IMG/VR virus record: IMGVR_UViG_3300028832_000128
Location: 11,586 to 75,585 of that record
Length of the DNA stretch: 64,000 bases
Strand: one strand, 5' to 3'
From: a virus
Taxonomy: Duplodnaviria > Caudoviricetes
Shown here in pieces: positions 35,608 to 44,984 of the stretch (its first letter is position 1; each line of letters begins with the position of its first letter). Both the position numbers and the translations under genes were made by a program. The notes beneath the pieces were generated by a model, which saw only the letters and a program-made list of their open reading frames with translations, had not been told where the DNA came from and ran no database searches.

Positions 35608-37449
35608 TCACTGTAAAACACAGCGGGCACCGTAATACCGCCTCGCATAGTCAAGCCCGTCGACCAAATGCCAAGAGAAAGCCCCGCAAAGCGCCCCGTA
35701 GCTGCAATAGCCGCCATACCAAGCCGACTTTTGTCCTGCTGACGCTGTTAAATAACTGTAGTCGTCGGTTAAATATTTTACGTTTTGCACTCTTGTAACA
35801 CCGGTATTCGATGGCAAGAAAGCAAATAAAGCAAGGCTGCTTAAAGCTACAAACTTTTTATCCCATCCCTCGCTTGTTCCTATATTTCCTACAGCTGTCC
35901 AATTTTTATTGTTTGCCGTATTTGTGTAAGCGTAATCGCTGTTATTTGGTTTTGGATTAACATATACCGTAGCCACTCCGTCAGCAACAATGTTTTCCAT
36001 ACCGCCCACGGCTTTGTTTTCGTTAGCATACCACTCACATATACCCATAACTTTCATAGGTCTTCTTGTTGTTGTGGTTATTGCTCCGTTTGCCGTATAA
36101 TATCCGTCGTCGCCGAGTATTGCGTCTGCTCCGCCGGAAGCCCTTAATCCTAAATATATTGTTTGGTTTACCGTAGTAGTAATTTCGGTATCGATATTTA
36201 TTTTTTTACAAGCTGTTTCAACGCCGTCTATTGTTTCGGTAACATCTTCTACACTCGAAATTTTATATCCTGTTGACGACGTATTCACATAAACAATATT
36301 ATTTGTAATATCTTGTTCCAAACTTGCAACCCAATTTGTAGCCAAAATTATTATGCTGTTTTCATTACTCTGAGCAACGGCAACTTTTGTTTCTTTCCAT
36401 CCCTCGCTTATACCTTGTCCTACGGAATATTGCCAATTCAAACTTGCATATTTAACTATACCAAGTAATTGTATGGCGGTTATTTCGTTTAGGTTCATAA
36501 GTCTTTGCGTTTTTGCTCTGAGCAACGCCTCAAACTGTTGGTTTGTTTTATAAGTTAAAGGAATACAATCTTTTCTTACGCAACAACCATTGTCGTCTGC
36601 TCCCTCGGGATAACATACCTCATACTTGCCGTAATAGATATATTCTTTTAAATTTCCGTCGTCGTCTTTAAACCCCGGAGCTACTTCATAACCTTGCTCA
36701 GGCGAATCACTAAGCCATATTTCAATACCGTCGTCGGTAATTTGGCTTTTGTGCCAAAATATTCTTTTAGCAACAAATCTATCCCATCCCTCGCTATTTT
36801 TGTATTGTTCAAACTCATAGGTTCCCTCTACATACATTGTTCTTACTTGTGTCTGAGGATTATAATTAACAATACAATCAAATTTGCTGTAAATAGGATG
36901 ATCTTTAAAATCGTCTGTTCCTGCTTCTGTATCGGATGAAGGGCTAAAATCCATACTTGTAGCACCGCCAAGTCTTGTGATAGTTCCATCGTATTTAATC
37001 AATACACCCAACTTTGTAGCACTTTTATATACTTGTTCTATATGATTAAACACAAAAGCCGTCGTTGCTACTTTTCTGCTAATATCGTCCATCGGCTGAG
37101 TTACCGCTTTTAATTCTCCTGAAAAATCTTTGTTACCTGTTATCTCTTCGGTGCCTGTAATATGCACAAGGTTTGTTTCAGGTTGTCCTTGTAATTCTTC
37201 GCCGTTCCAATAATAGTAAGTTCCGTTATACAAGTATGCTATTCTGCTGTCAGGATCAACTCCGCTGTCTTTTGTTGTTGTTGTAAGTGCAGTATATATT
37301 TTATCGTTATAAAACCATTTGCTGCCTCTTACATACGGTGTTGACGGTTCTTCGCCCATTGCAATTAAAGCAACAACTCCTACGTTTCCGCCGTTATTGC
37401 CGCCTACTCTTGTTCTTCCTGTATTTCTTACTCCGTCTTCATAACCCAT
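35608..37449 (-). CDS. DGR target: tail fibre/receptor-binding protein with C-type-lectin-like variable C-terminus (start at MGYEDG)
   Basis: VHITGTEEITGNK and VATTAFV fibre motifs; C-terminal GG....G...GAF.W......A....GAR VR. Confidence 0.88.
   Translation of the reverse strand: MGYEDGVRNTGRTRVGGNNGGNVGVVALIAMGEEPSTPYVRGSKWFYNDKIYTALTTTTKDSGVDPDSRIAYLYNGTYYYWNGEELQGQPETNLVHITGTEEITGNKDFSGELKAVTQPMDDISRKVATTAFVFNHIEQVYKSATKLGVLIKYDGTITRLGGATSMDFSPSSDTEAGTDDFKDHPIYSKFDCIVNYNPQTQVRTMYVEGTYEFEQYKNSEGWDRFVAKRIFWHKSQITDDGIEIWLSDSPEQGYEVAPGFKDDDGNLKEYIYYGKYEVCYPEGADDNGCCVRKDCIPLTYKTNQQFEALLRAKTQRLMNLNEITAIQLLGIVKYASLNWQYSVGQGISEGWKETKVAVAQSNENSIIILATNWVASLEQDITNNIVYVNTSSTGYKISSVEDVTETIDGVETACKKINIDTEITTTVNQTIYLGLRASGGADAILGDDGYYTANGAITTTTRRPMKVMGICEWYANENKAVGGMENIVADGVATVYVNPKPNNSDYAYTNTANNKNWTAVGNIGTSEGWDKKFVALSSLALFAFLPSNTGVTRVQNVKYLTDDYSYLTASAGQKSAWYGGYCSYGALCGAFSWHLVDGLDYARRYYGARCVLQ
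35619..35720 (-). repeat. DGR variable repeat (VR)
   Basis: 19 mismatches to TR, 18 at TR adenines. Confidence 0.95.
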
Positions 37450-37465
37450 TGTAACCACCTCTTTT

Positions 37466-37624
37466 TTAAAATCGCCAAGTAAGTTTTATGAATTTCCCGT
37501 CTATAAACTCGTTACTTATTGGCATATATAACCTGCTTGTAAATTCTATTTTTGGCATATACGGACTGTTTTTGATTTTGTAATAACAAATTCCTGCTTT
37601 ACCTACTTTCCACAACCTAAACAG
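37466..37624 (-). CDS. Conserved 52-codon frame directly after the TGA of 37625-37999
   Basis: LFRLWKVGKAGICYYKIKNSPYMPKIEFTSRLYMPISNEFIDGKFIKLTWRF. Confidence 0.7.
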   Translation of the reverse strand: MFRLWKVGKAGICYYKIKNSPYMPKIEFTSRLYMPISNEFIDGKFIKLTWRF

Positions 37625-37999
37625 TCATTTAAAATCTTCATTGTTTTTGTATTGATCTAACACATCTTTAATATTTTTAAGTTCAATATTATCTGCAATT
37701 TCTTCTATAAGTTTTTTAGCTTTTTCAATTGTTGTAATGTCCGGAGCGTCTCCTTGTTCTTTTGTGTATGCTTCGTTAAATTTTCCAAGTGCATTACCAA
37801 CAAACTTAACCCAATTTACATTTGAGTTTTGCGGTATGATTTTTAACGCAAAACTGACAGCCTGATTAACATATTTATCCAATATAACATCGTCTGTCTT
37901 TGTTTCTGTTTTTCTTACAATCCAAATTCCGATTCTAACCAAACAATAAAATAAAATTACCCATCCGCCATTTATAAAAATCTGTTTTAAAAATTCCAT
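37625..37999 (-). CDS. Membrane-anchored protein (holin- or spanin-like)
   Basis: Homolog of 851-1231. Confidence 0.55.
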   Translation of the reverse strand: MEFLKQIFINGGWVILFYCLVRIGIWIVRKTETKTDDVILDKYVNQAVSFALKIIPQNSNVNWVKFVGNALGKFNEAYTKEQGDAPDITTIEKAKKLIEEIADNIELKNIKDVLDQYKNNEDFK

Positions 38000-38034
38000 A
38001 TCTTTACTTGTCTCCTTTTTTATTTTTTTTATTT

Positions 38035-38316
38035 CTACATTTCTTGTTCTAATTGTTTTAATTCTTTCAAACTTTTTACTTGCTCGATTTTACTTAAATC
38101 ACTTTTTAAAACTTTTATGTCGTCAAACTCTACCGTCATTGTGTATCTGTCTCCGTCTTCTTCCTGATAATGCGAAACGCTTTTAACTCTGCCATACCCT
38201 TTTACAACTACTTTTTCATTAACTTTAAAATCGGGTATATTTTCTACTTCTTTGTTGTCTAAATAAATACTTTGTTTTGGTTTTTCTATTTCTGCTATCT
38301 TTTTGTCTTTTGACAT
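38035..38316 (-). CDS. Hypothetical protein, 93 aa
   Basis: Homolog of 1264-1542. Confidence 0.7.
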   Translation of the reverse strand: MSKDKKIAEIEKPKQSIYLDNKEVENIPDFKVNEKVVVKGYGRVKSVSHYQEEDGDRYTMTVEFDDIKVLKSDLSKIEQVKSLKELKQLEQEM

Positions 38317-38338
38317 CTGTTTACATCTCCTTTATTTG

Positions 38339-38373
38339 TAAAAGAGCAAGAGAGAAAATCTCCCTTGCTCTTT
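38339..38373 (-). terminator. Terminator after major capsid gene
   Basis: aaagagcaag.gaga/tctc.cttgctcttt. Confidence 0.7.
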
Positions 38374-38380
38374 GTTATGT

Positions 38381-39544
38381 TTAGGCAGTTGCACCGCAAA
38401 GGATGTTTACACCAAACACGCCGTTCAATGTCTTTGCCACAAACGGAACTTTATAACCTACCGTTCCGGTCATTTCCAAAGGTTGTGCCAAATCTTGAGG
38501 ATTTTTAACAATGATTTTTCTCTTTACTCCGTCAAGATCTACAACGCCGAATGCTTCTCTTCCTAAAAGTGTGATTACGTGCACAGCACCTGTTTCACTT
38601 GCTACGCCCGCAACTGATTCTCTATACACTTCTGTTGCAGAAACAAACCTTATTCCATACCATTCGCCGAGTTCGCCTTCGTATATATCTTTTTTATCCT
38701 GATACTTCTTAACATCTTTCCATTCGGAATCGTTCATAAAATCGTATTCCGTGTCAGGATCAACAATACATACATATTTTCCATCTTCGAACGGCATAGC
38801 TTTTGCTCTTTTGAGATCTCTTCTTGCAAGTTTAATTGCGGTAGAAGAAAGCACATCGGTTGCAGCAATACCTGTTCCTACAACAACTCTAAACGAAGCA
38901 CCGGAAGGAACGGCTACAGGCAAAGCGTCAACGGTTAAAGTATCTGTTGAAGCGTCAAAGTCTGTAACTTTTACGGTAATACCGTAGTTCGGCTTTGTAG
39001 GATCTGTAAATGTTACATATCCGCCGTTCCAGTGATCATTTGATTCGGTTAAAGAAGAAGAAATAATTGTTGTTTTTGTTCCTGCTGCAGTAGAAACAAC
39101 ATCTTTTTGATATGTTCCGTCTGCGTCGGCTCTTCTTCTGATAAAACCTGTTCCGATTTCGTCATTGATTAAACTATTGATTGTTTCGCCGCATGCGTTT
39201 GCCACAATATCAACTTTCTCTTTTACACCTTTATCGAGTGCGGTAAGAGAAGCGATTTCGGAAATTTCAACAACATCGCCATACCAGTTAATATTTGCAG
39301 ATATTTCCTGCTGTTGTAGGGCTTTGTTGGTTATTCCGCCTGTTGCCGATTCCTGAAGAGGAGTTTTGTTTTTAGGTAAAGGTTGGTAACGAGTAAAATA
39401 TATCGTTTTACCTTTTCCTTGTTCGAGTGTTCTTTTTTGTGCAAATTGCTCAGCTACCATTAAAGGTTTTGCCATAAGCAACAATCTTTTGTCATAATAA
39501 GCCTGCACAAAAGGGCTTAAGTTGGATGTAGTTGTTACTGACAT
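38381..39544 (-). CDS. Major capsid protein, N4-gp56-like (387 aa from ATG at 39544)
   Basis: GGAGG RBS before MSVTTTS; close homolog of 1602-2765. Confidence 0.85.
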   Translation of the reverse strand: MSVTTTSNLSPFVQAYYDKRLLLMAKPLMVAEQFAQKRTLEQGKGKTIYFTRYQPLPKNKTPLQESATGGITNKALQQQEISANINWYGDVVEISEIASLTALDKGVKEKVDIVANACGETINSLINDEIGTGFIRRRADADGTYQKDVVSTAAGTKTTIISSSLTESNDHWNGGYVTFTDPTKPNYGITVKVTDFDASTDTLTVDALPVAVPSGASFRVVVGTGIAATDVLSSTAIKLARRDLKRAKAMPFEDGKYVCIVDPDTEYDFMNDSEWKDVKKYQDKKDIYEGELGEWYGIRFVSATEVYRESVAGVASETGAVHVITLLGREAFGVVDLDGVKRKIIVKNPQDLAQPLEMTGTVGYKVPFVAKTLNGVFGVNILCGATA

Positions 39545-39752
39545 GATAAAATCCCTCCGTTTAATTTTTTTTGCAATTCTTAAAATCTTGCTTTTACTGC
39601 TTACTTCTTCGCTCAATTTAAGATTGTTCTGTAAAATAAACAGAGGTCTTTTATTTTTGAGTTTTTATTTTAAATTTTTGTTAGCAGTTTAAAGGATTAT
39701 CTGTAAGCAAACTTACAAGGTCCCGCTATCTGCCAAACAAATTTTTAAATTT

Positions 39753-40757
39753 CTAATTCATACTTTTTTCAAGTTCTTCTAATTCTTTTTTGTTTTTAAC
39801 TTTATTAATCTTTTCAATTATATCGTTCTCGTTCGTAGTCGTTTTAGTTGGTGCCGCTGCTGCTGCCGCAACTTTTTGTTTGTTTTTCTTTTCTTGCTCT
39901 ATTTTAAGTATTCTTTCTTCTTCAGCTTTACGTCCTTTTAAAATATCCTTTACTATATACAAAGATGTTATTTCCGGATATTCGTCAGTTATTTTTTTAC
40001 AGTCTTTTGCAAACTCTTCTTTTTCTTCTTGGCTCATACCTTTGGTTATATCATCCCATTCGGCTTGAGCTTTTTTTTCAAAAGCAACTTTTTGTTTTTC
40101 AATCTCTGCTTTTTCGTCTTTATTATCTTTTGGTTTAACGTCAATTTGAAGTTTTTTAACAATATTTTCAATAGCCTCGATAGGATTATTCATAAATTCT
40201 TCGTTAAACTTATCAATCATTTTTTGTTTTTCTTCTTCAGTCGGTTCATTCTGTTTGTCTTCCACTTTTTTAACAGCTTGCTCCAACTGCTCAAGTCTTT
40301 GTTTTAACTTATCGTTTTCAGCTTTTACATCGTTTCTTTCTGTCAACGCCGAAGATTTACTTTTTTCAGCCTGCCTACCCCATTCAACCACATCTTCGAT
40401 ATATTTAAACTTTTCCGGTATGTTATATTTTTTTCTTATATCATCCGTAATAGGAGTTTTCTTTTTTGTTTTTTCGTTGTTTTTATTATCACTATTGTCG
40501 GCATTATCCTCATTATTGTCAGTATTATCATTGTCGTTATTTTCGCTACCGTCTTGATTGTCTTCGTTATTATCTTCGTTATTGTCTTCTGTGTCGTTGT
40601 TATTTGCATTGTTGTCAACATTATCATTATTATCAGCGTTTGGCGGCGTATCATTGCTACCGCCGTTATCTTTATTTTCTTCTGTTATTTGTGTTTCAAG
40701 CTGTTCAAGTTCTTCAACACTTTTTGCTTTACTTATTTGGTTTTCAATTCCCGGCAT
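39753..40757 (-). CDS. Capsid scaffolding protein (start at MPGIEN)
   Basis: RBS AAGGAGACAG; homolog of 2973-3983. Confidence 0.7.
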   Translation of the reverse strand: MPGIENQISKAKSVEELEQLETQITEENKDNGGSNDTPPNADNNDNVDNNANNNDTEDNNEDNNEDNQDGSENNDNDNTDNNEDNADNSDNKNNEKTKKKTPITDDIRKKYNIPEKFKYIEDVVEWGRQAEKSKSSALTERNDVKAENDKLKQRLEQLEQAVKKVEDKQNEPTEEEKQKMIDKFNEEFMNNPIEAIENIVKKLQIDVKPKDNKDEKAEIEKQKVAFEKKAQAEWDDITKGMSQEEKEEFAKDCKKITDEYPEITSLYIVKDILKGRKAEEERILKIEQEKKNKQKVAAAAAAPTKTTTNENDIIEKINKVKNKKELEELEKSMN

Positions 40758-40992
40758 TTTCTGTCTCCTTTGATTCATTATTTAAATTTTTAATACTTAA
40801 AAGCTCAAGTATTAACAAGTTATAACTTTTAACTTTGCTATACTCGGCAAAAATTTTATTACTATCTTCATAACTTAACATTTTGTTTAAACATTGCTGT
40901 TTTTTTTCTTCTAAAAAAGAAATTAAAACAGTTCCTTCTTCTTTGTTTAATATCTCATGTAAAACAACTCTTTTTCTGTCTTTTTCTGTCAT
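40744..40992 (-). CDS. Hypothetical protein
   Basis: Homolog of 3976-4218. Confidence 0.6.
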   Translation of the reverse strand: MTEKDRKRVVLHEILNKEEGTVLISFLEEKKQQCLNKMLSYEDSNKIFAEYSKVKSYNLLILELLSIKNLNNESKETENAGN

Positions 40993-41246
40993 TGTTGTTT
41001 ATGCTCCTGTGCTTTTATATCAGCTGACAATTGTTTAATTGCAACTGTCAATTCTTCAATGTTTTTCCAACTGTTATTAACTAATTCCTGTTGCTTTGTT
41101 ATAAAATTCATAAGCTCGGTTTTTTCGTTTTTTGCGTCTTGTCTAATGGAATCAATGTAATTCATACCCCATTTTGCAACCGCCACAACAAGCATTGCAA
41201 AAATACCAACAACACCAAAATCTTTTAATAATGTTGTAAAATCCAT
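40989..41246 (-). CDS. Putative holin (start at MDFTT)
   Basis: Near-identical to 4211-4468. Confidence 0.6.
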   Translation of the reverse strand: MDFTTLLKDFGVVGIFAMLVVAVAKWGMNYIDSIRQDAKNEKTELMNFITKQQELVNNSWKNIEELTVAIKQLSADIKAQEHKQQ

Positions 41247-41254
41247 TTTTTTAT

Positions 41255-41551
41255 TTATCCCCAAAACTCAATTAATACAGAACATGTATTTGCAGCTTTT
41301 ATCCTAAATGTTCTATCAACTCCGTCTTGCAAAATTCTCGGCTCCAATATTCCGGCAACAGCAAATCCGCCTGCGGTCAAAGTATTGTCTCCCGGTGTTC
41401 CCGGATCAGCGTCTACATTAAAAAAAACCGTATCCGTTTCGCAAAAAACTTTTACACCTTTTGCGTCATTAGGGATTTTTATACTTCTGATAGCAGTGCT
41501 TGCCTCAAAATATCCAAAACTACATTTAGCATTACTTAAATCTCTTATCAT
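41255..41551 (-). CDS. Hypothetical beta-rich protein
   Basis: Homolog of 4475-4771. Confidence 0.6.
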   Translation of the reverse strand: MIRDLSNAKCSFGYFEASTAIRSIKIPNDAKGVKVFCETDTVFFNVDADPGTPGDNTLTAGGFAVAGILEPRILQDGVDRTFRIKAANTCSVLIEFWG

Positions 41552-41577
41552 TGTGTTTTACTCCTTAAATAAAAATT

Positions 41578-41778
41578 TTATCTTTCCCAATTTACAGGAG
41601 CTAAACATACGGGACATTCTGTTTTACCGCTAATAAGTTCGGCTCCACATCTTCCACATTTTTTTTGCGTCTCTTTTGTTTTAGGTTTTTCTTGCTCAAT
41701 ATCGTTTGTTGGATTTACTCCGACCTCTTCCATTACTGTTTTTTCTTCTTGTTTTTGCTCTTCTTTTTTCTTTGCCAT
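41578..41778 (-). CDS. Small zinc-ribbon protein (start at MAKKK)
   Basis: CGRC...CPVC; homolog of 4796-5059. Confidence 0.6.
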   Translation of the reverse strand: MAKKKEEQKQEEKTVMEEVGVNPTNDIEQEKPKTKETQKKCGRCGAELISGKTECPVCLAPVNWER

Positions 41779-41792
41779 AGTTTTTTTCTCCT

Positions 41793-42197
41793 TTATATAA
41801 TTTCTATATGAGGAATATCTGAAAATTTTTCGTCTTTTGTTTCTCCGTTTCTGTTCCAATCTCCGCCCCATCTGAAATTTGACGTTATAAGTCCTAAGCT
41901 TTTAAATCTTTCAGCTACTCCTAACCAATATCCAGCTAAATATGCAAACCTTTCTCTATTCTTCCAATCAATCGGATAAGGAGCAATATCAATCGCCTGT
42001 GATGGAACAAGTAAATGTTTAGAGTTCATTGTTTTACTTTTACCTTCTTTTACATACTGTGCCTGTTGTTCTTTTGTTCTTATAGTAGAAGATAAAATAG
42101 TAAAATCTATTTTTTCTATAACAACCATAGCAACAACTTGTATATCTCTATGGCATTGTCTAAGCAACGAAAAACTTTGTTCTGAAAACTTTGGCAT
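41793..42197 (-). CDS. Endolysin, M15 family (start at MPKFS)
   Basis: Near-identical to 5085-5489. Confidence 0.9.
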   Translation of the reverse strand: MPKFSEQSFSLLRQCHRDIQVVAMVVIEKIDFTILSSTIRTKEQQAQYVKEGKSKTMNSKHLLVPSQAIDIAPYPIDWKNRERFAYLAGYWLGVAERFKSLGLITSNFRWGGDWNRNGETKDEKFSDIPHIEII

Positions 42198-42201
42198 AAT
42201 A

Positions 42202-42477
42202 TTATTCCTTTGTTCCCACAAAATTCATAACGGCATTTACCGCCGTTTTTATCTGTTCAAAACTAAAAATTTTTTCTCTCATTAAAGCCGTTTTTATTTT
42301 ACTTTTAATTTGTTTTGCGGTTTCTCCGCAATCTTTATATTTACATCCTTTACAATCGTTTTTACTGTCAAGCCACACTTTATCATGATTGCAAAAATAA
42401 TCTCCCTCAAAAGTGTCAAATTGTCTAAATATACAGTCTCCTTGTTTTACTTCTACAACAGCATATTTTTTAACCAT
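42202..42477 (-). CDS. Cys-rich hypothetical protein
   Basis: Homolog of 5500-5778. Confidence 0.6.
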   Translation of the reverse strand: MVKKYAVVEVKQGDCIFRQFDTFEGDYFCNHDKVWLDSKNDCKGCKYKDCGETAKQIKSKIKTALMREKIFSFEQIKTAVNAVMNFVGTKE

Positions 42478-43054
42478 TTTTATCCTCTTGTAAAATAAAA
42501 TGTTGCTTGCATTTTTGACATTGAAAAATATATCCGTGCACTACTTTATCAATATAAAATTCATTGCCACACTGACACTTAAGCGGCTGATTTATATTTG
42601 TTTTATCATTAAACCTTACAACTATACATTTTTCTCTTACAAAGACTTCTTTTGTTTCTACATCGTCGTTCGGCTTATCTTCGTGTTTTCCGCAATGACA
42701 CGTTCCGTTCGTATTTTTTTCTGTTGCATTATTTAAAATATCTTCCAAAAATAAAGCCTCAAGTAAAATCGAATAATTGATAGTGTCGCCTATTTTTTCG
42801 TCAACCATACTTACGCTTGGTAAAATACCGTATTTTTCCCATTTTTCAATCATATCAACAACGCTTACCAAATGTTTGTTTAGCATACCGAGTAAAGCGT
42901 ATTCTTTTGTCTCACATCTAAAAATCTTTCTTGCTTCGTTAAAATTATGCAATCTGTCAATTCTGCTTGCATATTCTTCGGCTTTATTACCTAAAACATT
43001 TTTTATTTTTTCTATACGATTTTTTACTACTTGTTCAAATTTTTCGTCTGTCAT
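42470..43054 (-). CDS. MazG-like/nucleotide-modification-associated protein with zinc finger
   Basis: Homolog of 5771-6361. Confidence 0.5.
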   Translation of the reverse strand: MTDEKFEQVVKNRIEKIKNVLGNKAEEYASRIDRLHNFNEARKIFRCETKEYALLGMLNKHLVSVVDMIEKWEKYGILPSVSMVDEKIGDTINYSILLEALFLEDILNNATEKNTNGTCHCGKHEDKPNDDVETKEVFVREKCIVVRFNDKTNINQPLKCQCGNEFYIDKVVHGYIFQCQKCKQHFILQEDKNG

Positions 43055-43296
43055 TATTTTGTCTCCTTAAATTCAAACCCTAATAATTTACAAATATTTT
43101 CTGCTGTTTCTTTTTTTACTTTTTCAAAATCACAAACTACAACAAACCTGCCTTTTTCATATCTGTAAATTCCGCTCATGTTAAAATAAATATTTTTCTT
43201 AAACAAAAAAGAAGCATTTATTTTTTTAATATAACACTCTCTATATCCGTTATCTTTTGCAACTTCGGCAATTTTTACAAACTGTTTAAAAGTCAT
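43054..43296 (-). CDS. Hypothetical protein
   Basis: Homolog of 6358-6603. Confidence 0.7.
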   Translation of the reverse strand: MTFKQFVKIAEVAKDNGYRECYIKKINASFLFKKNIYFNMSGIYRYEKGRFVVVCDFEKVKKETAENICKLLGFEFKETK

Positions 43297-43397
43297 TATT
43301 TTAATATCCTCTTATTTTTTATTTTTCTGCCTGCCGTTTTGGCTCCGCCAGAAAAAGTTAAAATAACGGAGCCATGCTGTATTTTAAGGAGACAGCA

Positions 43398-43796
43398 TTA
43401 AAACGGCGGTATATCGTCTTCCTCAACGGCTCTGTTATCTTGCTGTTGCGTGTCAGACTGTGCCGTATTTTCGGAGTTTTTCTTTTCAACAATAACTTTC
43501 ATAACCCTGTTTGCCGAAATTTTAATATACGTCCTTTTTTCTCCGTTATACTCTTCAGTATTTGTTTCAAGTTTTCCTGTAACAATAACCGGTTCTCCTT
43601 TTTTTAATACTATCGGTTTCCAAATAACACAATTAAAAAAATAAGCTCTGTTTACCCATTCGCCCGTATTTTTGTTTTTGTAATCGTCATTACAAGCTAT
43701 CGCAAAACTTGTAAGCTCTTTTCCTGAGTTAGTCATTCTTTGCACACTATCGGCAGTAACTCTGCCTGATAATGTTACACTGTTTAAATCAACCAT
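43398..43796 (-). CDS. ssb: Single-stranded DNA-binding protein
   Basis: OB-fold motifs; EDDIPPF tail. Confidence 0.92.
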   Translation of the reverse strand: MVDLNSVTLSGRVTADSVQRMTNSGKELTSFAIACNDDYKNKNTGEWVNRAYFFNCVIWKPIVLKKGEPVIVTGKLETNTEEYNGEKRTYIKISANRVMKVIVEKKNSENTAQSDTQQQDNRAVEEDDIPPF

Positions 43797-43840
43797 TTTG
43801 TTTCTGTCTCCTTTTTTTAAAAAACTTTTTCTATGTTTTT

Positions 43841-43916
43841 CGCTTTCTGTAGGATTCGAACCTACACTCCCAAATACACCGGTTCTTTGGTGTTCTTCCG
43901 TCTAAACTAAGAAAGC
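43841..43916 (-). ncRNA. tRNA-like RNA, 76 nt, with an 11-nt loop in place of the anticodon loop
   Basis: GCTTTCT TA GTTT AGACGGAA GAAC A CCAAA-GAACCGGTGTA-TTTGG GAGT GTAGG TTCGAAT CCTAC AGAAAGC G; no encoded CCA. Confidence 0.75.
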
Positions 43917-43917
43917 A

Positions 43918-44175
43918 TTATATCGGCAACAAATTATTTTGTATAAAAGCGTATAACCTGTTATAACTCCACCCGAATTTATCGGCAATCTGTTTTGTTG
44001 TATATTTCTTATACAATCTCATATACAAATCAATATGTTTGTCTTTTAAATTTGCCTTTTTATCCATACACCGCCTAAACGGTCTATCTATTTTCTTTCT
44101 TAATTTTGCACAATAAAAGTAAGTTCCTTTTTTACTATCTTCCACAGTGGCAAAATTACAATCAATACAATTCAT
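43918..44175 (-). CDS. Cys-rich plus HTH small protein, unit-B-specific
   Basis: CIDC...C...C then TTKQIADKFGWSYNRLY; absent at the equivalent site in unit A. Confidence 0.6.
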   Translation of the reverse strand: MNCIDCNFATVEDSKKGTYFYCAKLRKKIDRPFRRCMDKKANLKDKHIDLYMRLYKKYTTKQIADKFGWSYNRLYAFIQNNLLPI

Positions 44176-44273
44176 CTGCTTATCCTTTTAAGTTGCTTTT
44201 TAAGCCGAGAAAAAAAGAAAAAATATATTTTATCGTCGTAAATTTAAGTTGCTGGCAAGTTGCTTTTTTGCAA

Positions 44274-44291
44274 ATTATCAATATTGATAAT
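44274..44291. promoter_or_regulatory. Isolated origin palindrome copy
   Basis: ATTATCAATATTGATAAT. Confidence 0.6.
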
Positions 44292-44391
44292 CCGCCCGGC
44301 TTTAAAAAAAATTTTTTCAAAATCTACCACTTAATAAAAGGCTTTTAATTTCTTAAAAACTCGAAATTATCAAAACTGATAAAATTAAAAA

Positions 44392-44490
44392 CGCCGTTGG
44401 TTTGATTCGAACAAACATCGTCAATTGTCTAAATCTATCGGTGGACAGATTTAAAGTCATTGAAATTTTAACCGCTTAAACTACAACAGC
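44392..44490 (-). ncRNA. tRNA-like RNA, 99 nt, extended anticodon-arm helix
   Basis: GCTGTTG/CAACGGC acceptor; same architecture and length as 7249-7347. Confidence 0.8.
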
Positions 44491-44806
44491 ATTAATTTAT
44501 ACCAACAAAGATAAATCTCTTAAAATTTCAGCCTTTCCGTTAGCCCAAAACAAAATTAAATTGTTTTTATTACCTTATTATCTCGCTTTTTATAAAAAAC
44601 TCTCTGTAAGGCTGACATTTTATAAGCCGGAGCCGCTGTCGGGACCTACCGGCAACCGTGTCCGGTGCCGAACTTGATATTATGTTAAGTTCAGGCGTCA
44701 AATTCTTTGTTTTATCGTCGGAAACTTTGCTTTATTTTTGCTTGTTTGTGTGTCTGATATGGCTTGTGCGATTGTTTGTTTTGTCTGATCCTGATACAGA
44801 CATCTA

Positions 44807-44835
44807 TTGACATTTTAAAACTTATCATGTAAAAT
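44807..44835 (+). promoter_or_regulatory. Antisense sigma70-type promoter
   Basis: TTGACA-17 bp-TAAAAT. Confidence 0.65.
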
Positions 44836-44984
44836 ACATATATGCACGATAAATTTACTTTTTATCACACGCCAAATCAGTTTAAAACATTCCTTAAAAG
44901 GTCAAATTCAACCCTTTAAAATAACTACCGCAAAAACGAGCTTTGTTCCTATAACTCACGTTATGTTAAGTTGCCAAAGACCAC

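Noticed and set aside
39545-39616. N-terminal extensions in the ORF track (capsid 411 aa, 41871, 42221, 40778, 55060, 26538)
   Set aside because: Upstream starts lack RBSs and are not shared by the homologous copy; internal ATGs match the homologs
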